Assembly (NCBI GenBank): GCA_937880845.1
Contig: CALFLL010000020.1
Span: forward strand, 24,350 to 88,349
Reading direction: 5' to 3'
Length of the DNA: 64,000 nucleotides
DNA from: an uncultured Drancourtella sp.
GTDB taxonomy: Bacteria; Bacillota; Clostridia; Lachnospirales; Lachnospiraceae
Of this stretch, positions 27,437 to 36,734 are shown piece after piece. The notes beneath the pieces were generated by a model. That model did not search any database. It saw nothing but the letters and a program-made list of their open reading frames with translations, and had not been told where the DNA came from. The position numbers and the translations under genes are program-made. Numbering within the stretch: position 1 is the first letter of the stretch; each line of letters begins with the position of its first letter.

Positions 27437-27985
27437 ATGGCAACGGGAATTATGATTATGGGTCCTGCGGGTTCGGGAAAAAGTACTATTGGTAAAATGA
27501 CAGCTGAAAAATTAGGATATGCATTTGTGGATATTGATGATTATATATGGCAAAAAGACACGGATATTCCTTTCACGAAAATGTATTGTAAAAAAGAGAA
27601 AATCAGTCGTTTGACGGAGGCAATATCAAACTGTGAGCATTTTGTAATGGCAGGGTCTATGGACTCTTTTCATGAATATTTTGATCCGTTTTTTGAACTT
27701 GTTGTCTTCTTATATACAGATACACAGTTACGCATAGAACGAGTTCATAATCGAGAATTACAATTATTTGGAAAGCGTATTTTAAAAGGTGGAGATATGT
27801 ATGAGCACCATAAAAATTTTTTAAAGGATATTTCAGGATATGATTCCGGAACGGGCGGATGTACCTTACAGGGGCATGAAGCGTGGTTAAGATCTCTTAC
27901 GTGTAAGGTGATACGATTAAATGGGGCTGATGAATTAAATAAAAATTTGGCTGTTATTACGGAAAATATAAGTAAAGATTGCTAA
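27437..27985 (+). CDS. P-loop NTPase (small kinase-like AAA protein)
   Basis: Walker A GPAGSGKST, 182 aa. The specific function is not recognised. Confidence 0.7.
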   Translation: MATGIMIMGPAGSGKSTIGKMTAEKLGYAFVDIDDYIWQKDTDIPFTKMYCKKEKISRLTEAISNCEHFVMAGSMDSFHEYFDPFFELVVFLYTDTQLRIERVHNRELQLFGKRILKGGDMYEHHKNFLKDISGYDSGTGGCTLQGHEAWLRSLTCKVIRLNGADELNKNLAVITENISKDC

Positions 27986-28032
27986 ATATGCTATACTCTT
28001 GTATATAAAATACAAAAGAAGGAGAAGAGTAT

Positions 28033-29601
28033 ATGTGGCATTATAAAAATTTGAAACAAAGTGCAAAAAAATCTTTGAGAAAAAACTTTTGGAGAATTTT
28101 AGGAATCTGTTTGTTGGTAGGATTTATTTCAAGTGGTATGCGAGTTACCCACCATGTAGATAATGCTGCTAAGCATTTTGTGGGAGGTCGATTTGAGATT
28201 CCGTCCAATGCCCAGATCATGAATGATCTTTACTTTACTATACGGCAGAGAAATGCACCGGAACATAATGAAATTTTGGGAGTGTTAGGCGAACTCTACT
28301 CACCTAAAAAAGGTGCTCTTGCACATGTTTATAATCGTATGACAGAAGATAAATCCGTTCTTTATGGATTTGTACATGCAATGGATGATATTCTTCTCAA
28401 AAAGCAAGCTACACAAGGAGCAATTATTTTATTAGGTGTAGTCCTTCTTCTTCTTTTTTTGGCTTTTATAAGTAATGTGCTTGTTGTAGGACAATGCCGT
28501 TTTCTGTTAGAAAACCGTTCTTACAGGCAAGTCAAATCCGGAAGACTGCTCTTTCCCTGGCGTGTCAGGAGGTGGAAGAAAACGGCTTTTACCATGTTTG
28601 AAAGATCTGTTTTTATCTTCTTGTGGGATTTGACGATCATTGGTGGAATCATTAAGCGATATTCTTATAAGATGATTCCATATATACTGGCGGAAAATCC
28701 GGATATCGGACATAAAGAAGCTTTTGAATTATCTCGTAGAATGATGTATGGAAATAAGATGAAAGCATTTTTCCTGGATGTATCTTTTTTAGGATGGAGA
28801 ATCCTTAATTTATTTACTTTTGGGATTTTGCGTTACATCTGGATCAACCCTTATGTAGAAACAGTATATGCCGAATGGTATTCAGAACTTAGACAAGAAG
28901 CATTAGATCAAAAATACATTCATTATGAGTATTTAAATGACAATCTGTTGTTTACCGATTCGGATATGGAAGACTACCCTGTAGAAAACTATCCTTTATA
29001 TAATCCGGATACAAAAAAATGGATAAAACTTGATTATCATAGAACATATTCCTGGTGTTCTGTCATTTTAATCTTTTTTGCTTTTTCAATGATCGGATGG
29101 CTTTGGGAAGTTTCCCTTCATCTTTTTGGTGACGGCGTTTTTGTAAATAGAGGTTTCTTTCATGGGCCTTGGCTACCTATTTATGGAACAGGCGGAGTTT
29201 TGGTGATACTACTCTTGAAAAGATTTGTAGACAAACCCCTTGTTACTTTTTTCCTGACGGTTGTTGTATGTGGAGTGGTAGAATATTTTGTGGCACTGTT
29301 TTTGTGGGAATTTAAACAGATGTATTGGTGGAATTATACAGGGTATTTCCTGAATCTTCACGGAAGAATCTGTGCAGAAGGCCTGCTTGTTTTCGGACTT
29401 GGAGGATGCGTGTTCATTTATATTGTGGCTCCATTTTTTGACGAGATATTTAAAAAAATTCCTCGTAAGATTGCCATTATCCTTTGTGTTGTTTTACTTA
29501 CCGCTTTTGCGGCTGATACGGTATACTCAATGATAAAGCCAAATAGTGGTGCCGGGATTACAGACTATGAAAATCATGTTGCATTAAATAACAAATTGTA
29601 A
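28033..29601 (+). CDS. polytopic membrane protein (DUF975-like N-terminal half fused to a PF06541-like 'ABC-transporter type IV' half)
   Basis: 522 aa with multiple TM helices. The C-terminal block SMIGWLWEVSLHLFGDGVFVNRGFFHGPWLPIYGTGG is typical of PF06541 as recalled. Confidence 0.6.
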   Translation: MWHYKNLKQSAKKSLRKNFWRILGICLLVGFISSGMRVTHHVDNAAKHFVGGRFEIPSNAQIMNDLYFTIRQRNAPEHNEILGVLGELYSPKKGALAHVYNRMTEDKSVLYGFVHAMDDILLKKQATQGAIILLGVVLLLLFLAFISNVLVVGQCRFLLENRSYRQVKSGRLLFPWRVRRWKKTAFTMFERSVFIFLWDLTIIGGIIKRYSYKMIPYILAENPDIGHKEAFELSRRMMYGNKMKAFFLDVSFLGWRILNLFTFGILRYIWINPYVETVYAEWYSELRQEALDQKYIHYEYLNDNLLFTDSDMEDYPVENYPLYNPDTKKWIKLDYHRTYSWCSVILIFFAFSMIGWLWEVSLHLFGDGVFVNRGFFHGPWLPIYGTGGVLVILLLKRFVDKPLVTFFLTVVVCGVVEYFVALFLWEFKQMYWWNYTGYFLNLHGRICAEGLLVFGLGGCVFIYIVAPFFDEIFKKIPRKIAIILCVVLLTAFAADTVYSMIKPNSGAGITDYENHVALNNKL

Positions 29602-29619
29602 ATATCGGAGAAACCGAAT

Positions 29620-29661
29620 AAACAACGAAAACCCGCTAATCAAAAAGGTTAACGGGTTTTT
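29620..29661 (+). repeat. terminator-like hairpin, copy 1 of a ~42-nt direct repeat (copy 2 at 31051-31092)
   Basis: AAACAACGAAAACCCGCTAATCAAAAAGGTTAACGGGTTTTT. The stem is AAAACCCGCTAA/TTAACGGGTTTT with one mismatch. 37 of 42 positions are identical to copy 2. Confidence 0.65.
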
Positions 29662-29670
29662 AAAATGGAT

Positions 29671-29895
29671 TTACACATAAAGTGTTATATTTATTTGTCC
29701 CGATTTGACCGGGTTAAATGATATCAGCCCGTCAAAGAACTCGGAAATATCAGCATGAAAGATTTTGCTGAGTGCGATAAGTTCACTGACTTTGATGCTC
29801 ATCCTATTTGTTATTCGGGATTGAACCGGATGAAGATAATAGAACTGTGAATTATGCAAATAAGACGCTTCTTGAGTGGGGATAAAAAATATCAA
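29671..29895 (-). pseudogene. degenerate XRE-type HTH remnant
   Basis: Only the C-terminal part looks like HTH_3 helices (QSRITNRMSIKVSELIALSKIFHADISEFF). TTG start without an RBS, and the N-terminal helix is missing. Confidence 0.35.
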
Positions 29896-29987
29896 AAAGT
29901 CAATGAAGAAACACGAAGAAAATTAAAGATATAGATAAGATAGAATTGAGTAAGGACGAATGGGAAATAAATGTCACTTACTGGAAT

Positions 29988-30047
29988 TTGACAAAATGTA
30001 TATATTGTGCTAAAATTCTGCGTTAACTGGAATTTGCACTGCAAATT
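29988..30047 (+). promoter_or_regulatory. promoter (TTGACA-17-TAAAAT) plus operator-like palindrome upstream of the DUF4180 gene
   Basis: Consensus -35 at 29988-29993 and -10 at 30011-30016. Palindrome AATTTGC-ACT-GCAAATT at 30031-30047. Confidence 0.5.
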
Positions 30048-30064
30048 TAATTTAGGAGGTTATT

Positions 30065-30430
30065 ATGAAAATCGAATATTTAACAAAAAATGGAATTGAA
30101 CTTGCAGTTGTTTCCAGTGATGAAAAGGTGTTAATTGATACACCATCAGCATTAGATTTAGCAATGACTGTAAAATATGAAACAGGTGCGAGTAAAATTG
30201 TAATTGATAAACATGCGGTCATAGAGGATTTCTTTATTTTAAGTACAGGTTTGGCAGGGGAAATATTACAGAAATATAAGAATTATCATATAAAATTGGC
30301 GATTTACGGTGATTATTCCCATTATACAAGTAAACCATTAAAAGATTTTATATATGAGTCAAATAAAGGTCAGGATTTTTTCTTTGTAGAGAGTAAAGAA
30401 GAAGCTATCCAACGATTAGAAAAAGTATAA
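30065..30430 (+). CDS. DUF4180 domain protein
   Basis: 121 aa, strong RBS (AGGAGG). The sequence pattern MKIEYLTKNGIELAVVSSDE...FFILSTGLAGEILQKYKNYHIKLAIYGDYS matches DUF4180 as recalled. Confidence 0.7.
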   Translation: MKIEYLTKNGIELAVVSSDEKVLIDTPSALDLAMTVKYETGASKIVIDKHAVIEDFFILSTGLAGEILQKYKNYHIKLAIYGDYSHYTSKPLKDFIYESNKGQDFFFVESKEEAIQRLEKV

Positions 30431-30548
30431 TAGAAAAAGTGCAAATTTCAGTTTTGTAGATATTCAGTAGGTAAAGGGACAAGGCGAAGCCGATTGCCGT
30501 AGGGCAGTTCTTTACGGAACGGACACAGCCAGTACCACCATGATACAT

Positions 30549-30597
30549 AAGAGGACTTGAAAGGTCACAAACCTTGCAAGTCCTCTTGTTTATTTTT
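30549..30597 (+). terminator. intrinsic terminator (long composite hairpin)
   Basis: AAGAGGACTTG-A-AAGGT-CACAA-ACCTT-G-CAAGTCCTCTT followed by GTTTATTTTT. Confidence 0.7.
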
Positions 30598-31050
30598 ATT
30601 TCAACTATCCATCCTGAACAGCTAGGAATGTTTTAGCTTATCGTCTTTCTCTGATATACATATCAATATCATCTATGATATACTTTTCTCCGGTTGTATG
30701 AAGGGCTTCAAAGTGGGAATAGAATAAATATATTCCCATACTCCATATGTTGTAAATAGTTCGGAAACCTGCCGGTCCGTTAATCCCTTCTCAGATTTAT
30801 ACCGCCATTCGCGTCAAGTTTTGGTTAGAATGATTAGAAAGAAAAGCAAATATGAGGACAAAATATCTCGAGTATCTCTATAACATTCTAATGGCTTAAA
30901 TCGGACATCAATTCATAAAGAACAAATGTACTTTTTGTTGTTAATAAGACATTTGCCACAAGGATAAAAAAGAGAATAGAAAAGATGCAACATTTCTTTA
31001 GAAAATCATTTGTCCCAAATTTGTCCGAAACAGATTTTAGGAGAAGACAT

Positions 31051-31100
31051 AAACAGCGAAAACCCGCTAACCACAAGGGCTAACGGGTTTTGCTGTTTTA
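31051..31100 (+). repeat. hairpin, copy 2 of the direct repeat (copy 1 at 29620-29661)
   Basis: AAACAGCGAAAACCCGCTAACCACAAGGGCTAACGGGTTTTGCTGTTT. The stem is extended relative to copy 1. Confidence 0.6.
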
Positions 31101-31307
31101 TAGTTATCTAAAGGAATGAGAGTAAAGTGTAACACTTCGAGGATACCCTCGAAGTGTCTACTTTATGAGGGGGGAGATAGTGAGTGTTAATCAACTATCT
31201 GATTTATAGTATAACCAGTAAATGTGTCTAAAATGTGTTGAATCTCTAAAAGAACTGGAAAGTTTATTAAGAAACTTTTAATATAATTGAAAATACGGAC
31301 GAATTCC

Positions 31308-33065
31308 TTAAGAAATGACTTCGTCTGTTTCCAAACCTTCAAACTGCATTTTGTAGTAGTGTGCGTAGATGCCGTCTTTCTGAAGCAGATCTTTATGGGT
31401 TCCCCGTTCAGAAATTCCTTTTTCCGTGATGACAATGATCTCATCAGCATTGCGGATCGTGGATAGTCTGTGGGCGATGGTGATCGTAGTACGGTTTTTG
31501 GCCAGTTCTTCCAGGCTTTTCTGGATGTGGCGTTCGCTTTCATTGTCCAGAGCACTTGTGGCTTCGTCCAAAATAAGGATCGGAGGATTCTTAAGAAAGA
31601 CACGGGCAATGGAAATACGCTGCTTTTGTCCTCCTGACAGTCTGGTTCCACGTTCTCCTACAAAGGTGTCGTATCCGTCCGGAAGTTCTTCGATAAAGTC
31701 ATGGATGTTGGCACGTTTTGCGGCTTCGATGATTTCTTCCATGGATGCCCCAGGTTTACCATAGGCAATGTTTTCTTTGATGGTTCCGCAGAAAAGATAT
31801 ACATCCTGCTGTACAATGCCGATTTGTTCACGGAGTGATTTTAGTTTCAGATCACGTACATCTTTTCCATCGATGGTGATGCGGCCTTCGGAAACGTCAT
31901 AAAAACGAGGGAGAAGGGAGCAAATGGTTGTTTTTCCTCCTCCGGAAGGACCGACAAGAGCGATGGAACGACCGGCAGGGATCTGGAATGAAATATGGGA
32001 CAGTACCGGTGTATCATCATCTGCATAGCAGAAAGAAACATCTTCATAGGAAACGAGTCCTTTAACATCGTGCAGTTCTTCGGCGTTCGGTTTGTCTTTA
32101 ATTTCCGGCTTTGTATCCATGACATCCAGAAAACGGCGGAAACCGGAAAAGCCCTTTTGAATCATTTCCGTTAATTCTACCAAAATCTGGATTGGACTGA
32201 TAAAGATTCCGATATATAAAGCATACATTGCAAGATCTGTTGCGGCCATTTGACCTTTGGCAATGAGATAACCGCCGAAAACAAGGGTGACAAGATACAT
32301 CATACCCTGGAAGAAAAGATTCCATCCCATGAATCCGCCCATGCAGTTATAATTGGCATCTTTTGATAGAAGGAATGCATGGTTGCTTTTGTGGAATTTC
32401 TTTCGCTCAATGTCTTCGTTTGCAAAAGACTGTACCACGCGGATGCCGGCAAGTGTATCCTGAAGACTGGAGTTTACATCACCGATTTTACGACGGTTTT
32501 CCATAAAAGTTGCCTGCATACGTTTATTCTGGCTTAAAGAGAATAAAAACATACAGATAACAAGGAACGTTAGTGGAATCGCCAATTTCCAGTTAATCAG
32601 GAATAAAAAGGTAAATGAGCCGACAATTTTGATTAACGAAATAAAAAGATTTTCCGGACCGTGGTGGGCAAACTCTGCGATGTCAAAAAGGTCTGAAACA
32701 AGTTTACTCATCATTTGACCGGAATTATGGCTGTTATAATAAGAAAAAGACAACTTTTCATAATGATCAAACAACTGCTGACGCATGTCCCGTTCCATAT
32801 AAGCACCCATCATATGTCCCTGATAACTGACATAATACTTGCAAAGGCTTTGAATCACATACATGACAAACAAGCCGATTCCAAGAGGAAGCAATGTACG
32901 TAGGATAACAGGGCTTTCCTTTGTAAAAAGAGAGTTTGTAGCGGTACGTAAAATCTGAGGATACACAAGGTCGATCAGACTGATGATCGTTGCACAGATC
33001 AGATCCAGAAAGAAGACTGTTCGATAAGGTTTATAATAATGTATAAATCGTTTTAAAGTGTTCAT
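31308..33065 (-). CDS. ABC exporter, fused permease/ATPase (MsbA/type I exporter-like)
   Basis: Six-TM N-terminal domain. Walker A GPSGGGKTT, signature LSGGQKQR, Walker B ILILDEATSALD. Confidence 0.9.
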   Translation of the reverse strand: MNTLKRFIHYYKPYRTVFFLDLICATIISLIDLVYPQILRTATNSLFTKESPVILRTLLPLGIGLFVMYVIQSLCKYYVSYQGHMMGAYMERDMRQQLFDHYEKLSFSYYNSHNSGQMMSKLVSDLFDIAEFAHHGPENLFISLIKIVGSFTFLFLINWKLAIPLTFLVICMFLFSLSQNKRMQATFMENRRKIGDVNSSLQDTLAGIRVVQSFANEDIERKKFHKSNHAFLLSKDANYNCMGGFMGWNLFFQGMMYLVTLVFGGYLIAKGQMAATDLAMYALYIGIFISPIQILVELTEMIQKGFSGFRRFLDVMDTKPEIKDKPNAEELHDVKGLVSYEDVSFCYADDDTPVLSHISFQIPAGRSIALVGPSGGGKTTICSLLPRFYDVSEGRITIDGKDVRDLKLKSLREQIGIVQQDVYLFCGTIKENIAYGKPGASMEEIIEAAKRANIHDFIEELPDGYDTFVGERGTRLSGGQKQRISIARVFLKNPPILILDEATSALDNESERHIQKSLEELAKNRTTITIAHRLSTIRNADEIIVITEKGISERGTHKDLLQKDGIYAHYYKMQFEGLETDEVIS

Positions 33066-33237
33066 AAAGTCACCTCTCCTTTATAAGTTTTTACTCTATT
33101 ACTGTACCATACTTGGAAATTAGGTGCAATGTGCATGAGAATAAGATTATTCATGAAGTTTTAAGAATTTTTGTCTTTGGGACTTAAAAAATATCTGCTA
33201 TGCTTATATATAGAAATGAACGAATGAGGTGAGCAAT

Positions 33238-33936
33238 ATGTTTAGAATACTGGTATGCGATGATGATAAAGAGATTGTTGAGGCGATAGAGATATATCTT
33301 TCTCAGGAAGGATATGAGATTTTAAAAGCATATGACGGTGAGCAGGCGATAAAAATTCTCAATGAAGAGAAAGTGGATCTTCTGATCATAGATATCATGA
33401 TGCCAAAACTGGATGGTATCCGTGCAACTTTGAAGATTCGGGAGAAATTAAGCCTTCCTATTATTATTTTGTCTGCAAAATCAGAAGATGCAGATAAGAT
33501 ATTAGGGTTGAATATCGGTGCAGATGATTATGTCACCAAACCATTTAATCCTTTAGAACTGGTTGCAAGAGTGAAATCTCAGATCAGAAGATATACAAAA
33601 CTTGGAAGTACAGCCGAAGCAGGAAATCAGGAAAAGGTTTATACGGTAGGAGGACTTTCTATCAATGATGACTTGAAGGAAGTAACCGTTGACGGGGAAC
33701 CGGTCAAGCTGACACCTACGGAATATGATATCCTTCTCCTTCTTGTAAAAAACCAGGGGAAAGTTTTTTCCATTAATCAAATTTATGAGAATATCTGGAA
33801 TGAAGAAGCAATCGGAGCGGACAATACGGTTGCAGTACATATCCGTCATATCCGTGAAAAAATCGAGATCAATCCGAAAGATCCAAGATATTTAAAAGTT
33901 GTGTGGGGAGTCGGATATAAAATAGAAAAGCTGTAA
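33238..33936 (+). CDS. OmpR/VanR-subfamily response regulator
   Basis: Receiver domain (ILVCDDD...DIMMPKLDG...SAKSE) and winged helix (VWGVGYKIE). Start at ATG 33238 after GAGGTGA. Confidence 0.9.
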   Translation: MFRILVCDDDKEIVEAIEIYLSQEGYEILKAYDGEQAIKILNEEKVDLLIIDIMMPKLDGIRATLKIREKLSLPIIILSAKSEDADKILGLNIGADDYVTKPFNPLELVARVKSQIRRYTKLGSTAEAGNQEKVYTVGGLSINDDLKEVTVDGEPVKLTPTEYDILLLLVKNQGKVFSINQIYENIWNEEAIGADNTVAVHIRHIREKIEINPKDPRYLKVVWGVGYKIEKL

Positions 33937-33949
33937 GAAAGGATATGAT

Positions 33950-36619
33950 ATGAAGAAATGGTACTATTCGGCAACGAATAAAGGGTTGTTGTTGATATTG
34001 GCACATATTTGCATTGTTGTCAGCACAATTTGTTTTGTCTGGGTAGCACAGGCTGCGGGATTAAGATATCTGATCCCGTTTGAAAAAGTGCCGGAACATT
34101 ATGAAGAAACTTACAATTTTTCAGAGCATATGAAAAGTATATCCAAGCAGGTTCTTTCTCAGCTCCAGACACAGGATAAATTTGAAACGAACGGGAAATA
34201 TGATCCGGAAAAACTGATTGATGTTTCTCGATATTCTTCTGATAATCTGGAGCAGGATGGTATTAATCATACGGGAATTGCATATCGTCTGCAGGATCTG
34301 GAACAGTGGAGCGAAATTTATATCAATGCGTATAACGGAACACAGTCACAGGAAGAGTTTGAAGAAAAATATGTGACAACCGTGATTGTCTGTTTGAAAG
34401 AAGACGGAAGTTATTATTACTATTATGGAAACGATTTCCAAAAAGCAATGAAAAACGGAGAGATAGAATTTACGACAAACGGAGAATATATTTCAAAGGA
34501 AGAAAAGCTGAATCGTTTGTTAACCCAAACAGACGGAACGGAAAGTTTTGGGGAAATTGTTGACAAGAATCATAAAAAGATATATACGGACTGTTGGAAT
34601 CTCGGATGTGGAAATGAAGTGTTAAAGGAACCATATCCTCTTGATGGAGCAAAAAATCTTGTGGATTTGGCAAATACAGACCCGAAATGGAACGGAAAGT
34701 TGAAGGATGCATATCATGAACTGTCCGTTACATTGTCTACGTTATATAATGATGTGAAAAATTACAGAGAAGCACCAAGTGAATGGGAAGAAGGTAATAC
34801 AAATTACAGTTATATTTTAGTAGATTATGACCGAGGGCAGATTTTTTCAAACAGGCAGGAATTTAAAGATATCTCAGAAATCGAAAGCTACACGGCAGCA
34901 ATGAAAAAAAACGGGGCTTATGTGATTGTGACACCAAAGCTTGCAGGGTTTGAATCTACATTTTCCAATGCATCGGAAGAGGCACAGAGTTGGAAAAACG
35001 AGGTGATCGGTTCATATGATCGGATTGATGAGGACACCAATTATGTGTTTATGGCATCGGTGGATACAGACTATCCGGTTCCCGACACATTTAAAGGAGA
35101 ACAAAATTATTATAAAGGGATTGTATCTTATGTAGACATCGCATCGGAAGTTGCGTGGGGATGCCTGATTTTGTTTTTTTCTCTTATTATATGGATTACG
35201 ATTATTTCGGGGCACAGCAACAAAAACGGTGATGATGGTATTGTTTTAACTGGATTTGATCATTGGAAAACGGAAATAGCCGCAGTTTTTGTGATCGGAT
35301 TGTGGGCACTCTCTCTTTATTTCTGTCAAACATGGATTGAGAGGTATGTTTCTGCCTACGAATATTATTATTATGAATCGGCATGGCAAAGCGGTAGTGA
35401 TCTCCCGATTTACTATATGATGATGATCGGTATTGTTGTGTTTATCAGCTGCCTGTTTTTCTTCTGGTTTTATTTGAGTTTTATAAGAAGAGTAAAGGCA
35501 AAAACATTGTGGTCAAACAGTTTGGCGAAACGGATTTCTGATGTGCTGAAAGAAGCATGGAAGCACAAATCTGCTTCTGTAAAAATCATGGTTTTATATG
35601 TTATGTTCCTGATCATCCAGTTTTTTGTGTGGGGAAGTACACCATTTATCATGATCGGCATCGTAATCAATGTGACTGCCGGACTTTTACTCTTAAAATA
35701 TGTATCTTCAAGACAGAAGATAAAAAAGGGATTATCTGAGATTGCAAAAGGAAACGTGAACTTTAAGATTCCGTTGGACGGATTAAGCGGGGAAACATTA
35801 GAAATCGCCCAGACCATTAACCGGCTTGGAGAAGGACTTAATAGGGCGTTGGAAAAAAGCGTGAGGGATGAAAGACTGAAAACGGATTTGATTACGAATG
35901 TATCCCACGACATCAAAACACCGCTGACTTCTATTATCAATTATGTAGATATTTTGAAGCGTGAGAATTTTCAAGATCCGAAAATCCGTAACTACCTGGA
36001 TATTTTGGAAATGAAAGCACAACGACTGAAAACTCTTACGGAAGACGTAGTGGAAGCTTCCAAAGTAAGCAGCGGAAATATCAAACTGGAAATGATGGAA
36101 TTAAATCTCATAGAACTGATTTATCAGGTAGAAGGAGAATACGAAGAGAAATTCGAGGCAAGGGATCTGAAAGTGATATTAAATATGCCGGATGAACCTG
36201 CTGTTGTACGAATAGACGGAAGAAGGATGTGGAGAGTATTTGCTAATGTGTTCAACAATGCGGCAAAATACGCCATGGAAGGTTCCAGAGTCTATGGGGA
36301 TCTTATCCTGCAGCCGGGTACCGTCAAATTTATTCTGAAAAACGTGTCAGAACAACAGTTGAATATTTCTGCGGATGAACTGACAGAACGTTTTATACGC
36401 GGAGATGTATCAAGAAGTACGGAAGGAAGCGGTCTGGGACTTTCCATCGCAAAGAACCTCACAGAACTTCAAGGCGGAACATTTGAACTTTATTTAGACG
36501 GAGATTTATTTAAAGTAATCATTACTTTTCCAAGGATACGAAGATTGATAAAAGAAAGCGAAAAAAAGAAATCCACCAAACAGGAGACAGAAGAAAAGAA
36601 CAAGGGGTCTGTTTCTTAA
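33950..36619 (+). CDS. sensor histidine kinase with a ~360-aa extracytoplasmic domain and a multi-TM block
   Basis: TM1 at aa ~13-35 and five further TM helices at aa ~395-600. HisKA H-box SHDIKTPLTSIINYVDIL, then N and G boxes (NNAAKYA, GSGLGLSIA). Confidence 0.85.
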   Translation: MKKWYYSATNKGLLLILAHICIVVSTICFVWVAQAAGLRYLIPFEKVPEHYEETYNFSEHMKSISKQVLSQLQTQDKFETNGKYDPEKLIDVSRYSSDNLEQDGINHTGIAYRLQDLEQWSEIYINAYNGTQSQEEFEEKYVTTVIVCLKEDGSYYYYYGNDFQKAMKNGEIEFTTNGEYISKEEKLNRLLTQTDGTESFGEIVDKNHKKIYTDCWNLGCGNEVLKEPYPLDGAKNLVDLANTDPKWNGKLKDAYHELSVTLSTLYNDVKNYREAPSEWEEGNTNYSYILVDYDRGQIFSNRQEFKDISEIESYTAAMKKNGAYVIVTPKLAGFESTFSNASEEAQSWKNEVIGSYDRIDEDTNYVFMASVDTDYPVPDTFKGEQNYYKGIVSYVDIASEVAWGCLILFFSLIIWITIISGHSNKNGDDGIVLTGFDHWKTEIAAVFVIGLWALSLYFCQTWIERYVSAYEYYYYESAWQSGSDLPIYYMMMIGIVVFISCLFFFWFYLSFIRRVKAKTLWSNSLAKRISDVLKEAWKHKSASVKIMVLYVMFLIIQFFVWGSTPFIMIGIVINVTAGLLLLKYVSSRQKIKKGLSEIAKGNVNFKIPLDGLSGETLEIAQTINRLGEGLNRALEKSVRDERLKTDLITNVSHDIKTPLTSIINYVDILKRENFQDPKIRNYLDILEMKAQRLKTLTEDVVEASKVSSGNIKLEMMELNLIELIYQVEGEYEEKFEARDLKVILNMPDEPAVVRIDGRRMWRVFANVFNNAAKYAMEGSRVYGDLILQPGTVKFILKNVSEQQLNISADELTERFIRGDVSRSTEGSGLGLSIAKNLTELQGGTFELYLDGDLFKVIITFPRIRRLIKESEKKKSTKQETEEKNKGSVS

Positions 36620-36641
36620 AAAACAATGGAAAAGAAGAGAA

Positions 36642-36680
36642 AAGGAGAGGATATTTTGCATATCCTCTCCTTGCGTTTTG
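36642..36680 (+). terminator. intrinsic terminator after the kinase gene
   Basis: 13-bp perfect stem AAGGAGAGGATAT/ATATCCTCTCCTT plus GCGTTTT. Confidence 0.8.
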
Positions 36681-36734
36681 AGAAAATACGCATTACAATA
36701 GTACAGTGAAAATAATAGAAAGGAATGTCGAAGA

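Noticed and set aside
30465-30500. Possible c-di-GMP-I riboswitch core (GGGAC-AAGGCGAAGCC resembles GGGACGCAAAGCC).
   Set aside because: The resemblance is partial. I could not find the second conserved GGCAAACC-type tetraloop-receptor half or convincing P1/P2 pairing. There is also no downstream gene. I kept it only as a generic structured segment.
30500-30540. tRNA-fragment-like 3' end (…GTACCACCA), considered as a possible att site.
   Set aside because: No T-loop (GGTTCGAATCC-like) or acceptor-stem complement precedes it, so the CCA is probably coincidental.
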